A DNA stretch of 64,000 nt from Candidatus Bathyarchaeota archaeon (GCA_043826455.1 JBDRQD010000057.1:30462-94461); one strand, 5' to 3'; positions 19,245-29,503 are shown, numbered from the stretch's first letter. Numbers and translations: made by a program. The notes: generated from the letters alone by a model not told the origin.

Positions 19245-19466
19245 TTATTTATCTTGCTGACGGTTCTGAAGGAGCGCCCTCAAGGCGTTTCTCTTATCTT
19301 CCAATATTTTACTGGGATCACGCGCTGCGGCCACGTCTTTACCCGGGCCTGTCTCGCCCTCTAAATCGTACACGTAGAGGTCCATCATCCTGACGCTGCT
19401 CTTGTCCATGTCTATGGCTATAGGTTCACTTGATCCCGTGACAAATGACTTGGTGTACTTTTTCAT
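19245..19466 (-). CDS. Small hypothetical protein (73 aa)
   Basis: ORF with a CCCTTATAT TATA-like box ~25-30 nt upstream. Confidence 0.5.
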   Translation of the reverse strand: MKKYTKSFVTGSSEPIAIDMDKSSVRMMDLYVYDLEGETGPGKDVAAARDPSKILEDKRNALRALLQNRQQDK

Positions 19467-19667
19467 GAACCGATGAGACTGTGTTTTACTGATATAAGGG
19501 AAGCGGACACTGAAACTAGACTAGTAAAATAGAGTAGCTGCCTCAATGGTCGCCCGGATGTCAAGATACTAAAATGTGTATTTGAATATTAATAAAATTT
19601 TAAATGATCAATATTTGAGATGAAAAAATGATGAAACTACCAATAGCCCTGTGCCCACACTGGCTGG

Positions 19668-19829
19668 CTAGATCATCTTCTGGAGTATGGAAACGAACCT
19701 GTCGTCGGTGCGTGGATCCTGGTCGTCCCGGGCTTTCACGTCGACGCTCTTGACGATCCTGAGAACCCTGAACATCTCCTCAGCTGACGTGGAGGGTTCC
19801 AAGATCAATATTCCTTCTTTACGTTCCAC
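19668..19829 (-). CDS. Small hypothetical protein (53 aa), not in ORF track
   Basis: GTG-MERKEGILILEPSTSAEEMFRVLRIVKSVDVKARDDQDPRTDDRFVSILQKMI*; CCCTTATAT box upstream; host-like codons. Confidence 0.5.
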   Translation of the reverse strand: MERKEGILILEPSTSAEEMFRVLRIVKSVDVKARDDQDPRTDDRFVSILQKMI

Positions 19830-20030
19830 GAAATCTCAAGCCAGGATTTTCGTATATAAGGGTCGTGTAGTCTCCGTCTCTACCCGGAATATAGAGCCGT
19901 GTCACTGTTTTCCTTGAATCTCAAGAGTTCAACGAGCATGAAGACGCTCCCAGTCGCACATCATTGAAGTAGATAGATATAGATGCTGGTACAAAGAGAC
20001 CCCTGTTAGAAGAAATGGAGGAAGATCATT

Positions 20031-20513
20031 CTGCCTGATATGCTCGTCTCGCTTCTCGATCTGCCGCCTTTGGATCCGTTGATAGGTGAGTTGAGAAGAC
20101 ACAAGATAGTGATACGCCGGGCTTACGCCTTCGAGATTACTCAGGTACGGTCCTTTGTTAAAGAAAACTTCGGAGAGGGTTGGGCCGACGAGATCAGCGT
20201 GGGGTTTGCGAACAAGCCCCGCTCAGTCTACATCGCCATTGACCAGTCCCAGGAAAAGGCTATAATCGTGGGGTTCGCTGCCTATGAGTGTACGTGCCGT
20301 AGCTTCTTTGGTCCAGAGGGAGTGGCTGAGACTCATCGGAGACGGGGCATCGGGAGGGCGCTGCTTATCGCTTGTCTGCACGGGCTCAGGGAGATGGGCT
20401 ACGCGTATGGGATAATCGGAGGAGTAGGCCCACACATGTTCTATGAGAAAGCCTGTGGAGCCACCCTTATTGAGGGTAGCAGCCCAGGAATATATCGGGA
20501 CATGTTGAGATAG
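20031..20513 (+). CDS. GNAT-family acetyltransferase
   Basis: FFGPEGV...RRRGIGRALL; likely CTG start giving MPDMLV. Confidence 0.85.
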   Translation: MPDMLVSLLDLPPLDPLIGELRRHKIVIRRAYAFEITQVRSFVKENFGEGWADEISVGFANKPRSVYIAIDQSQEKAIIVGFAAYECTCRSFFGPEGVAETHRRRGIGRALLIACLHGLREMGYAYGIIGGVGPHMFYEKACGATLIEGSSPGIYRDMLR

Positions 20514-20653
20514 TCTTTAACATAGCGTGTGTGACCGATTTACTTTTCACTTATTTTGTGTCTATCAACTCCCCTAACAGAAAACCATTTGAAAAAGTTT
20601 ATCGTCTTGCGTAAGACAATGCGTTAGAAATTAAAAAAGGGGTTTTGTGGACT

Positions 20654-22315
20654 TTAGATGTCCATGTCTTCGTCCATGCCACCGGGCGGCCCACCCCCTG
20701 GGCCTCCGGCTCCTGGGCCGGCTCCAGACTTGGCGGCCAACACGTCGTCGATCCTGAGGATCATGGACGCGACCTCGATGCCGCTCTTGATGGCCTGCTC
20801 CTTCACCACAGTGGGCTCCACTACGCCCTCGGTCATCATGTCGATGACGCCCTCATCAAAGACGTTAACGCCCATGTAGGCGCCATCCTTCTTGGCGTGG
20901 GCGGTCTTCATGGCCACCATGGTGTCCAGGATGTCCAGGCCGGCGTTCTCCGCCAGGGTCCTGGGGATTATCTCCATGGCGTCGGCGAAGGCCTCTATGG
21001 CCAGCTGCTCGCGGCCTCCTATCTGGGACGCGTAACCGCGGACGGCCTTGGACATCTCCATCTCCACGCTGCCGCCTCCGGCCACCATCTTGGGCGACTC
21101 GGCCACGTCGCTGATGACGTAGAGGGCGTCGTTCAGGGCCCTCTCGGCTTCGTCGAGCATGCGCTCGAGGCCGGCCCTTACGAAGATGGCTACGGCCTGG
21201 GGGTCCTTGCACTCCTCGACGAAGATCATCTTGTCGTTTCCGACCTTCCTCTCCTCGACGAGCCCGCATAAGCCCAGGTCATCCTTATTCAGGTCGGCTA
21301 GGTTGTTAACCACCTTGCCACCCGTGGCCTTGGCCAGCTTGTCCATGTCGCTCTTCTTGACGCGCCTGGCAGCCATGACGCCCGCCTTGGCCATGTAGTG
21401 CTGAGCCATGTCGTCTATGCCCTTCTGGCAGAAGACCACGTTGGCGCCCGTCGCCACGACCTGGTCCACCTTTCTTTTCAGCATCTCGCTTTCCTGATCC
21501 AGGAAGGCTTTGATGTTTCCGGGGCTGGTGATCCTGATCTCGGCGTCGAACTCGGTTTTCTTGACCTCCAGCTGGGTGTCAAGCAACGCGATCTTGGCCT
21601 TCTTGATCTTCTTGGGCATGCCGTCGTGGACGACTTCCTTGTCCACTATGATGCCCTTGACCAGTTCGGTGGCTTCCAGGCTCTGGCCCTCCTTCTTGAC
21701 GATCTGGACGTTGTCCACGTCGGCGATGACGGTGCCGTCCCGCTTCTCCACGATCAGCCTGATGGCGTCGATGACGATCCGGCTCAAGTGCTCGCGCTCA
21801 TTGGAGACGGCCTTGCTCCTCATGCTGGTGTTGCTCAGCTTCATGAGGGTCTCGTCGTCGTTCATGTCCACGGGGATGCTGACCTTGTTCAGGGTCTCCA
21901 GGGCCTTCTCCGAGGCCTTCTGGTAGCCGCTGATGATGATGCTGGGGTGGATGTTGTCCTCCAGCAGCTCGCCTGCCTTTTTCAGGAGCTCAGCCGCCAG
22001 CATGACCGCGGTGGTGGTTCCATCGCCCACCTCCTTGTCCTGGGTCTTGGCCACCTCGATCATCATCTTGGCCGCGGGGTGCTGTACGTCTATCTCCTCC
22101 AGCACGGTGGCGCCGTCGCTGGTGATGGTGATGTCCCCCAAGCTATCGATGAGCATCTTGTCCATGCCCCTCGGCCCAAGGGTGGTCTTCAGCACCTCGG
22201 CTATGATCTGGGCCGCCATCATGTTGGATTTACGTGCGTCCCTGCCGCGGGTCCTCTCGGTGTCTTCTTTCAGCACTATCACGGGCTGTCCGCCCGCTGT
22301 CGTATAGTATGCCAT
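20654..22315 (-). CDS. ths: Thermosome (group II chaperonin) subunit
   Basis: TLGPRGMDKM, GDGTTT, ILRIDD, Gly/Pro/Met tail. Confidence 0.97.
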   Translation of the reverse strand: MAYYTTAGGQPVIVLKEDTERTRGRDARKSNMMAAQIIAEVLKTTLGPRGMDKMLIDSLGDITITSDGATVLEEIDVQHPAAKMMIEVAKTQDKEVGDGTTTAVMLAAELLKKAGELLEDNIHPSIIISGYQKASEKALETLNKVSIPVDMNDDETLMKLSNTSMRSKAVSNEREHLSRIVIDAIRLIVEKRDGTVIADVDNVQIVKKEGQSLEATELVKGIIVDKEVVHDGMPKKIKKAKIALLDTQLEVKKTEFDAEIRITSPGNIKAFLDQESEMLKRKVDQVVATGANVVFCQKGIDDMAQHYMAKAGVMAARRVKKSDMDKLAKATGGKVVNNLADLNKDDLGLCGLVEERKVGNDKMIFVEECKDPQAVAIFVRAGLERMLDEAERALNDALYVISDVAESPKMVAGGGSVEMEMSKAVRGYASQIGGREQLAIEAFADAMEIIPRTLAENAGLDILDTMVAMKTAHAKKDGAYMGVNVFDEGVIDMMTEGVVEPTVVKEQAIKSGIEVASMILRIDDVLAAKSGAGPGAGGPGGGPPGGMDEDMDI

Positions 22316-22328
22316 TCTCATTCTCCTC

Positions 22329-23981
22329 CTACATCATGGGGGGCATGCCGCCGGGCATCCCGCCAGGCATGCCGCCTCCTCCGGGTGGTCCGGCCGGGCC
22401 CCTCATCTTGGACACGGCTATGATGTCGTCGATCTTCAGCAGCATGGTGGCAGCCTCTGTGGCGCTCTTTATGGCCTGGGCCTTCACCACCATGGGCTCG
22501 TAGATGTTTAGCTTGGTCATGTCGTCCACCTTGTTCTCTAAGCCGTTGATGCCCGTCCACTTCTTACCTTTGGCGTGGGCGCTCTGCATCTCGCTGATGG
22601 CATCTATGGGGTCCATGCCGCTGTTCTCGGCCAGGGTGATGGGTATCACCTCTAGGGCGTCAGCGAAGGCGACCACAGCTAGGCGCTCGCGTCCCACGAG
22701 CTTCTCGGCGTAGTTGCGTAGCAGCCTGGCCACCTCGATCTCGGGGGCGCCTCCGCCCGCCACGATCTTGGGGGTCTCCACCACGTCCTTGACTACGCAT
22801 AGGGCGTCGTGGATGCTGCGCTCGGCCTCATCGACGATGCGCTCGGTGCCTCCTCTTATGAGGATGCTGACGGCCTTGGGGTTCTTGCAGCCCTCTACGA
22901 AGATCATCTTGTCCTCGCTGACCTTCCTCTCCTCCACTAGGGCGGCGTAGCCGGCGTCCTCGACGCTCAGCTGCTCCACGGCGTTGGCGACCTTTGCGCC
23001 CGTGGCCTTGGCCAGGGCCTCCATGTCGCTCTTCTTGAGCCTCCTGGCGGCCAGGATGCCCTCGCGACTGAGGAAGTGCTGCACCATGTCGTCGATGCCC
23101 TTCTGGCAGAAGAGGACGTTGATCTTGGCTTCCTTCACTTTCTTGACCATGTCCCGGAGCATCTGCTCCTCCTGGTCCAGGTAGGCCTGCATCTGATCGG
23201 GGGTCTCGATGGCGATCTTGCTGTCGAACTCGGTCTTCTCTATCTCCATGGCGGCGTTGAGCAGCCCGATCCTGGCGTCCTTCACCAGCTTGGGCATGCC
23301 GTCGTGGACTACCTCCTTGTCGATGATGAGGCCCTTCACGAGCCTGGTGTCGGTCATGGATGCGCCGGGCTTCTTCTCCACCTTGACCATGTCCAAGTCC
23401 ACCTTGTAGCCGCCGTTGCTCTCCTCCGCGATCTGGAGTATGGCGTCCACAGCGATGTCGCTCAGGTGGTCGCTGTGGCTGCTGACGAGCTTGCTGGCCA
23501 TGGTGGTTATGCTGACCTTCTTGAGGATCTTCTTGTCCCGGGGGTCCACCTTCTCGGCGATCTGGTCCAGTATCTTAAGGGCCTGGTCCTCTGCCTGCCT
23601 GTAGCCGTCGATGATAACGATGGGGTGAACCTTCTTCTCCATGAGCTCAGAGGCTTTGCCCAGAAGCTCGCCGGTGAGGATGACCACGGTGGTGGTTCCG
23701 TCGCCGACCTCGTCGTCCTGGGTCTTGCTGACCTCCACCATCATCTTGGCGGCGGGGTGCTGCACATCCATCTCCTTGAGCATGGTGGCGCCGTCGTTGG
23801 TGATGGTGACGTCGCCGAAGCTGTCCACCAGCATCTTGTCCATTCCCTTGGGGCCAAGGCTGGTCTTCACCGCTTCCGAGACGATCCTGGCGGCCATGAT
23901 GTTGTTGCCGCGGGCGTCCCTTCCGGTGCTGCGCTCGGTGCCCTCCCTGAGGATTAGGACCGGCTGTCCTTGTGTACTCAT
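22329..23981 (-). CDS. ths: Thermosome (group II chaperonin) subunit
   Basis: SLGPKGMDKM, GDGTTT, LLKIDD, GGMP repeats. Confidence 0.97.
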   Translation of the reverse strand: MSTQGQPVLILREGTERSTGRDARGNNIMAARIVSEAVKTSLGPKGMDKMLVDSFGDVTITNDGATMLKEMDVQHPAAKMMVEVSKTQDDEVGDGTTTVVILTGELLGKASELMEKKVHPIVIIDGYRQAEDQALKILDQIAEKVDPRDKKILKKVSITTMASKLVSSHSDHLSDIAVDAILQIAEESNGGYKVDLDMVKVEKKPGASMTDTRLVKGLIIDKEVVHDGMPKLVKDARIGLLNAAMEIEKTEFDSKIAIETPDQMQAYLDQEEQMLRDMVKKVKEAKINVLFCQKGIDDMVQHFLSREGILAARRLKKSDMEALAKATGAKVANAVEQLSVEDAGYAALVEERKVSEDKMIFVEGCKNPKAVSILIRGGTERIVDEAERSIHDALCVVKDVVETPKIVAGGGAPEIEVARLLRNYAEKLVGRERLAVVAFADALEVIPITLAENSGMDPIDAISEMQSAHAKGKKWTGINGLENKVDDMTKLNIYEPMVVKAQAIKSATEAATMLLKIDDIIAVSKMRGPAGPPGGGGMPGGMPGGMPPMM

Positions 23982-24088
23982 ATTTTTTTCTCCTTAACGT
24001 TTACTATAGGTGGCCCTGCGCTGGTGAATGCAGGAAAATCGGCTGTATGGTCTGAAATTGTAAGCGCTAGCACAGTGTACCACCTTTA

Positions 24089-24112
24089 GTTGTAAACCAT
24101 TGGTTGTATACC
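24089..24112 (-). promoter_or_regulatory. Putative heat-shock repressor operator at the thermosome promoter
   Basis: GTTGTAAACC-ATT-GGTTGTATACC just downstream of a minus-strand TTTTTAAA TATA (~24121-24128); near-identical copy at 24904-24928. Confidence 0.7.
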
Positions 24113-24145
24113 ATCGGGGGTTTAAAAAACGTTACGATCGTGACC

Positions 24146-24886
24146 CTAGATGAGCTCCACCAGGTACACGTTGTTGCCTATCCGCTTCACCAGGTCCTCC
24201 TTCTCCAGGTCGCCCACTATGTTGCGGATGGTCTCCTCCCTCAGCTGCAGTTGCCTGGAGAGGGTCTCGACGCTGGCCTGGCCTTTGTCCAGGATGTAGT
24301 GGAGGACCTGCCGTTTTCCGCGGTCCAGTTCGTCCATGGCTTGGCCGCTGGCGTTCATTGCCAGGTTTCTTATGTATAGGAGGCGGGCGCGGCGTTTCTC
24401 CATGCTCTCCAGTTCTTCGTCTATGTCCTGGATGACCTGGCTGAGGGGGTTGATCTTGTCGACGCCGCTCTCCTCCTCCGTGAGGTCCTGGACCTGGTTC
24501 TCCAGGTGCTCCATGTAGTTGTCGGCCAGAATCCACCTGTCGGGGTTGTTGAAGCTGATGAGGCGCTCGTTGTATAGGCTGGGGCTGAAGTCTATCTGAA
24601 GGCTGTAGAACTTGTTGAGGCTGAAGAGCTTCTGGTCTGCGCCTCTGTCGCTCTTCTGGCGCACCATGTCCACCAGGTCGGCGTTCCTGATGACCTTCAG
24701 GTGTTTGGCGGCCAGCTGCTGGTGGATGTTAAGCTCGTTGCTGAGCCTGAGGGCGTAGTCTGGGCCCTCGCTGAGCTTGCGGATTATCTGACGGCGTATG
24801 GGGTTGCCTAGGACCTCGACCACGGTCTCGAAGTCGCCGCGGGTAACCCGCCTCACGTTAAGTGTCGCCTCAGATTCCTCGCCCAT
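24146..24886 (-). CDS. ArsR-like wHTH regulator, Phr/HSR1 heat-shock repressor family
   Basis: LGNPIRRQIIRKLSEGP...KHLKVI...RG, coiled coil, second HTH; directly upstream of the thermosome genes. Confidence 0.8.
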   Translation of the reverse strand: MGEESEATLNVRRVTRGDFETVVEVLGNPIRRQIIRKLSEGPDYALRLSNELNIHQQLAAKHLKVIRNADLVDMVRQKSDRGADQKLFSLNKFYSLQIDFSPSLYNERLISFNNPDRWILADNYMEHLENQVQDLTEEESGVDKINPLSQVIQDIDEELESMEKRRARLLYIRNLAMNASGQAMDELDRGKRQVLHYILDKGQASVETLSRQLQLREETIRNIVGDLEKEDLVKRIGNNVYLVELI

Positions 24887-24903
24887 TTGTGGCTCAGCGT
24901 CCC

Positions 24904-24937
24904 GGTTGTAAACCTAGGGTTGTATACCTGAGGGTTG
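24904..24937 (-). promoter_or_regulatory. Putative autoregulatory operator of the regulator
   Basis: GGTTGTAAACC-TAG-GGTTGTATACC-TGAG-GGTTG between the TATA (TTTATTAG) and the ATG. Confidence 0.7.
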
Positions 24938-24967
24938 CTAATAAATTTAGTGAACGGGCGGCGTGGG

Positions 24968-25966
24968 TCAGAGGGCGGCGGCGACGGCCTCCGCAACCTC
25001 CATGGTCCGGTTTTTTCCGCCCAGGTCGGGGGTCCTAACCCTGCCCTCCTTTAGGACCTTGAGGACCGCTGCCTCAAGCATCTCGGCTGCACCGGTTTCG
25101 CCCAGCCACTCCAGCATCATGGCGGCGCTGAGGATGGTGGCCACCGGGTTGGCGACGCCCTTTCCGGCGATGTCCGGGGCCGAGCCGTGGACTGGCTCGA
25201 AGATGGCCATCTCGTCCCCCACGTTTCCGCTGGGGGCTAGACCCAGGCCGCCTACGAGGCCGGCGGTCTCGTCGCTGAGGATGTCGCCGAACATGTTGGT
25301 GGTGACTATGACGTCGAACTGCTCTGGGGCCAGGACCAGCTTCATGGCGCAGGCGTCCACTATCTGCTCATCGTACCTGACGCGGGGGTACTCCTTGGCT
25401 ACGGCTCTGGCGGCCTCCAGGAACACGTCGTCTGTGTAGTCCAGGACGTTGGCCTTGTGGACGGCGGTCACCTTCTTCCTGCCGTTCTTTACGGCGTACT
25501 CGAAGGCGTACCGGGTGATGCGCTCCGAGGCCTGGCTGGTGATTATCCTGAGGTTGACGCCGAAGTCGGGGCCCCTGTACCCCACCATCTTGTAGAGGCA
25601 CTCGGTGTTCTCGCGGACGATCATGATGTCCACATTGGGTTTGAGGGCCGGGACTCCGGGGTACGCCTTGGCTGGCCGCAGGTTGGCGTAGAGGCCCAGG
25701 CTCTGTCGGAGGGGTAGTATGACTTCCTTGGCGGTGTTGCCGACGGCGGCGAAGAGGCACGCGTCCGCTGCCTTGACTCCCTTCACGGTTTCAGGGGGTA
25801 GGGCCACGCCGGTCCTCGCCTTGTACTCGTCCCCCGCCCACAGGGTGCTGAACTCGAATTTGAGGCCCGTCTTCTCGGCCAGGGCCTCCAGGACCTTGAC
25901 GGTGGCCGCCATGACCTCGGTGCCTATGCCGTCCCCGGGTATGGTCGCTATCTTGTAGTTTGCCAA
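24968..25966 (-). CDS. leuB: 3-isopropylmalate/isocitrate dehydrogenase family
   Basis: [38 protein letters not shown]; in an operon with leuCD. Confidence 0.9.
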   Translation of the reverse strand: MANYKIATIPGDGIGTEVMAATVKVLEALAEKTGLKFEFSTLWAGDEYKARTGVALPPETVKGVKAADACLFAAVGNTAKEVILPLRQSLGLYANLRPAKAYPGVPALKPNVDIMIVRENTECLYKMVGYRGPDFGVNLRIITSQASERITRYAFEYAVKNGRKKVTAVHKANVLDYTDDVFLEAARAVAKEYPRVRYDEQIVDACAMKLVLAPEQFDVIVTTNMFGDILSDETAGLVGGLGLAPSGNVGDEMAIFEPVHGSAPDIAGKGVANPVATILSAAMMLEWLGETGAAEMLEAAVLKVLKEGRVRTPDLGGKNRTMEVAEAVAAAL

Positions 25967-25967
25967 T

Positions 25968-26462
25968 TCACCAATCCTCCGCTTTGCTGAGGTAAGGTGC
26001 TAGCCCGCCCGCATTTAATACTTCCACCATGAAGGGGGGCAGCGGGTTGAAACGGAGAGATGCACCGGTGGTGTGGTTTCTCACGACTCCCCCGGTCACG
26101 TCCACCTCCAGCGTGTGCCCCTTCTCCACGGCAGCGTGGATGCCCGGGCACTCCAGGGCGGGCAGCCCTATGTTGATGCAGTTCCTGTAGAATATGCGGG
26201 CGAAGCTCTCGGCGAGGACGCTGCCCACCCCAGAGTGTTTGAGGGCGAGGGGCGCGTGCTCCCGGCTTGAGCCGCACCCGAAGTTGGCCCGGCCCACAAC
26301 TACGTCTCCGTGCTGGACTCCTTTCCTGAACCCTGGGTCGTGGTCCTCGAAGGCGTGGAGCGCCATCTCCTCCGGGTCTGTGAGCTCCATGTAGCGGCCG
26401 GGGATAATGTAGTCGGTGTTGACGTCGTCTCCGTACCTCCACGCTTTTCCTTTGATCCTCAT
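25968..26462 (-). CDS. leuD: 3-isopropylmalate dehydratase small subunit
   Basis: NTDYIIP, NFGCGSSREHA, SFARIFYRN. Confidence 0.93.
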   Translation of the reverse strand: MRIKGKAWRYGDDVNTDYIIPGRYMELTDPEEMALHAFEDHDPGFRKGVQHGDVVVGRANFGCGSSREHAPLALKHSGVGSVLAESFARIFYRNCINIGLPALECPGIHAAVEKGHTLEVDVTGGVVRNHTTGASLRFNPLPPFMVEVLNAGGLAPYLSKAEDW

Positions 26463-27721
26463 CAGGTCACCTCCCTGGGGTCCATGATGCGGCCTGTGAG
26501 AGCTGAGGCGGCGGCCACGGCTGCGCTGCTGAGGTAGACCTCAGCCTCGGGGCTGCCCTGGCGGCCCTTGAAGTTTCGGTTGCTGGTGGTTATGCCTCGC
26601 TCCCCCGGGGCGAGGATGCCTATGTGGCCTCCGAAGCAGGCGGCGCAGCTGGGGTTGCTGACGGTGGCGCCGGCGTCCACCAGGTCTGCTATGATTCCTT
26701 TCTCGAGGGCGTCTCTGTAGACGCCTCTGGAGGCTGGGACCACCAGCAGCCGGACGCCGGGGTGTACCTGGCGTCCCTTGAGGATGCTGTGGGCGGCCTC
26801 CAGGTCTTCCAGCCTACCGTTGGTGCAGCTCCCTATGAAGCTCTGGTTGATCTTGATGTCTCCTAGTTCGGTGACGGGTTTGACGTTGTCCACGTTGTGG
26901 GGGCAGGCCACCTGGGGCTCCAAGCTGTTCACGTTTAGGTTTAACACGCTCCTGTAGTTGGCGCCTGGGTCAGCGTATATTGGGTTGAGCTCATCCTCTG
27001 TGCGTTCCTTCAGCCATCTGAGGGTTTTTTGGTCGGGCTCGCAGAGGCCCGTCTTTCCGCCCATCTCGATGGCCATGTTGCAGAGGGTCATGCGGCTGGA
27101 GACACTCATGTCTGCGACTGTCTCCCCGTGGAACTCCAGGGCCATGTAGGTTGCCCCGCTGACGCCGATCTCCTTGGCCACCCTGAGGATAACGTCCTTG
27201 CTGGTGACGTGCTCAGGCAGCCTTCCGCTGACCTCCACCTTGATGGTCTCGGGGACCTTGAGCCAGGTCTTGCCCTTGGCCAGGACGGCGCCCATGTCCG
27301 TGCTGCCCACGCCGGTGGCGAAGGCCCCGAAGGCGCCGTGGGTGCAGGTGTGGCTGTCGGCGCCGATGACCACCTGGCCGGGCTTTACGTGACCGTGCTC
27401 GGGGAGTACCTGGTGGCAGACGCCGCTGTTAACGTCGTAGAGGTGGGGGATGCCCTGCTCCTGGGCGAACTCTCGGATGGCTTTGTGGACGCGGGCGGAG
27501 TTGACGCTGCTGGGGGGCGCCACGTGGTCCAGGATGAGGACGACCTTCTCGGGGTCCCACACCTTTTGTGTTCCTATGGCTTTCATGGCCTCGAAGGCGA
27601 GGACCGCAGTGATGTCTGGCATCATGGCCACATCGATCCGGGCCTTGACGAATTGGCCAGCCTTGGCTGTCGTCTGGCCTGAAGCCTTGGTGAGTATCTT
27701 CTCTGACAGTGTCTCTCCCAT
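26462..27721 (-). CDS. leuC: 3-isopropylmalate dehydratase large subunit
   Basis: DSHTCTHGA, IGSCTNGR, CAACFG, NRNFKGR. Confidence 0.93.
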   Translation of the reverse strand: MGETLSEKILTKASGQTTAKAGQFVKARIDVAMMPDITAVLAFEAMKAIGTQKVWDPEKVVLILDHVAPPSSVNSARVHKAIREFAQEQGIPHLYDVNSGVCHQVLPEHGHVKPGQVVIGADSHTCTHGAFGAFATGVGSTDMGAVLAKGKTWLKVPETIKVEVSGRLPEHVTSKDVILRVAKEIGVSGATYMALEFHGETVADMSVSSRMTLCNMAIEMGGKTGLCEPDQKTLRWLKERTEDELNPIYADPGANYRSVLNLNVNSLEPQVACPHNVDNVKPVTELGDIKINQSFIGSCTNGRLEDLEAAHSILKGRQVHPGVRLLVVPASRGVYRDALEKGIIADLVDAGATVSNPSCAACFGGHIGILAPGERGITTSNRNFKGRQGSPEAEVYLSSAAVAAASALTGRIMDPREVT

Positions 27722-27722
27722 C

Positions 27723-29225
27723 TCAGTTTCTCCTGTTCATGCTGTGGTAGAGGTTGACTCCCTTCAGGTAGGCGTCCACGCTGGCCATGACTATGTCCGT
27801 GTCTTCGCCCCTGCTGGTGACCACCTTGTCTCCCTGCCTGAGCCTGACCTCCACGTTGACGGCGGCGTCTGTGCCGCCGGTGATGGCCTCCACCTGGTAC
27901 AGCTCCAGGGTCACCTCCTCCTCGGGCTTGACTGCCTTGATGACGGCGTTGAGGGTGGCGTCCACGGGGCCGTTGCCTGTGGCTGCCTCCATGTAGGTTT
28001 CGCCGTTGCGGGTGAGCTTGACCGAGGCGGTGGGGGTTATCCTGTTGCCTGTGGTTACTATAAACTCGTCGAGGACCAGGGGTCTGTGCTGTTGGACGGC
28101 CATCACCTCTGTAGCGATGGCGTAGAGGTCGGTGTCGCTGAGGGTGAAGCCCCTGTCGCCAAGCTCCTTGACGCGCTGGTACACGGCCTCAAACTGGTCT
28201 CTGGTGGAGTCTAGGCCCATCTCGCCTAGGCTCTTGCTGAGGCCTGCGCTTCCGGCGTGTTTGCCTGAGACTATGCGTCTGGCTGCGCCGACGATGGCGG
28301 GGTCTATGCGCTCGTAGGTCGCTGGGTCCTTGAGGATGGCGTGGGTGTGGATGCCTGACTCGTGGGCGAAGGCGTTCTTGCCCACGATGGCCTTGTTGGG
28401 CTGGACGTGGACGCCTGTGACGCGGCTGACGGTCATGCTGGCCTGGGTGATGTGTCTGAGGTTGATGCCCGGCTCCACATCGTATAGGAGTTTTAAGGCT
28501 ACGGCGAGCTCCTCGAGGCTGGCGTTTCCGGCACGTTCTCCTAGGCCGTTGACTGTTGCGTGGATGTGGATGGCTCCTGCGGCAATAGCGGAGAGGGTGT
28601 TTGCTACGGCGAGGCCGAAGTCGTTGTGGCAGTGGACGCCCAGGGTCATGTCTGGGTAGGCGTCGTGGATCTCCTTGTAGAAGGCGTGGCTTTTTTCTGG
28701 TGTTAGGGTGCCCACGGTGTCGCAGGGTGTGACTCTGTCGGCTCCGGCGTCGAGGGCGCGGCCGATGACCTGTTTGATGTAGCTCATCTCGGTGCGGGTT
28801 CCGTCCTCCAGGCAGACTTCGGCGGTGACGCCCCGGTCTTTGGCGTGCTGGACGACGTTGGTGGTTACTTCCAGCATCTCTGGCTGGGTTTTGCCCAGCT
28901 TCTTGTGGATGTGGAGCTCGCTTGTAGGGATTATTATGTTGACGCTGTCGGCTCCGGCGTCTATGGCTACGTCGATGTCCTGAATGACGCTGCGGGTGGC
29001 GCTGCAGATCTCTGCGTCGAGGCCTGCTTTGCTTATGAGTTTGACTGCTTCTTTTTCTCCGGGGCTGACGGCGGCGAAGCCTGCCTCGATGACGGTTACG
29101 CCTAGCTGGTCTAGGCTTCTGGCTATCTGGAGCTTCTTGGTTGGTGTCAGGCTTATGCCGGGGGTTTGTTCTCCGTCGCGGAGGGTGGTGTCTAGGAACT
29201 GTACCTTTTGTGGGTACTCAGCTAA
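27723..29225 (-). CDS. leuA: 2-isopropylmalate/citramalate synthase (LeuA/CimA family)
   Basis: Frame continues upstream of the ORF-track start (28877) to FLDTTLRDGEQTPG. Also HCHNDFG, GERAGN, HESGIH and a GNGPVDA regulatory domain. No canonical start codon in frame. Confidence 0.88.
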   Translation of the reverse strand, partial: LAEYPQKVQFLDTTLRDGEQTPGISLTPTKKLQIARSLDQLGVTVIEAGFAAVSPGEKEAVKLISKAGLDAEICSATRSVIQDIDVAIDAGADSVNIIIPTSELHIHKKLGKTQPEMLEVTTNVVQHAKDRGVTAEVCLEDGTRTEMSYIKQVIGRALDAGADRVTPCDTVGTLTPEKSHAFYKEIHDAYPDMTLGVHCHNDFGLAVANTLSAIAAGAIHIHATVNGLGERAGNASLEELAVALKLLYDVEPGINLRHITQASMTVSRVTGVHVQPNKAIVGKNAFAHESGIHTHAILKDPATYERIDPAIVGAARRIVSGKHAGSAGLSKSLGEMGLDSTRDQFEAVYQRVKELGDRGFTLSDTDLYAIATEVMAVQQHRPLVLDEFIVTTGNRITPTASVKLTRNGETYMEAATGNGPVDATLNAVIKAVKPEEEVTLELYQVEAITGGTDAAVNVEVRLRQGDKVVTSRGEDTDIVMASVDAYLKGVNLYHSMNRRN

Positions 29226-29289
29226 TAAAACGATACCCCATGTTCCTCACGTACCCTGTATCCGTCTGTTAAGCGGATTTAAGTTTAGC

Positions 29290-29503
29290 GTCTCATGGGT
29301 GGGTGGGTTGTTCTGTGGGTGGGGTTGTGTGTTTGTTGTTGTGTGTGGGGTGGGGGGGGGGAGGGGGGTGTCGCCGCCGCCGTCATTTTTCCCCTGTTTT
29401 CGGGTTTTTTTAGGGTTTGGAGGCTTTTCCGGGGTTGTTTGGCGGCGGCGGAGGGTGGCGGTGTCCGCCGCGGTTTTGTGGGTTGGGTGTTTTGGGGTTG
29501 TTT
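29290..29503. repeat. G/T-rich strand-skewed low-complexity tract with a 10-bp inverted repeat
   Basis: Many G-runs and almost no A on the + strand; CGCCGCCGCC (29372-29381) / GGCGGCGGCG (29441-29450). Confidence 0.7.

Noticed and set aside
20645..24000. Long + strand ORFs antisense to the thermosome genes (and similar shadow ORFs throughout)
   Set aside because: Antisense shadows caused by high GC3 bias; no recognisable motifs
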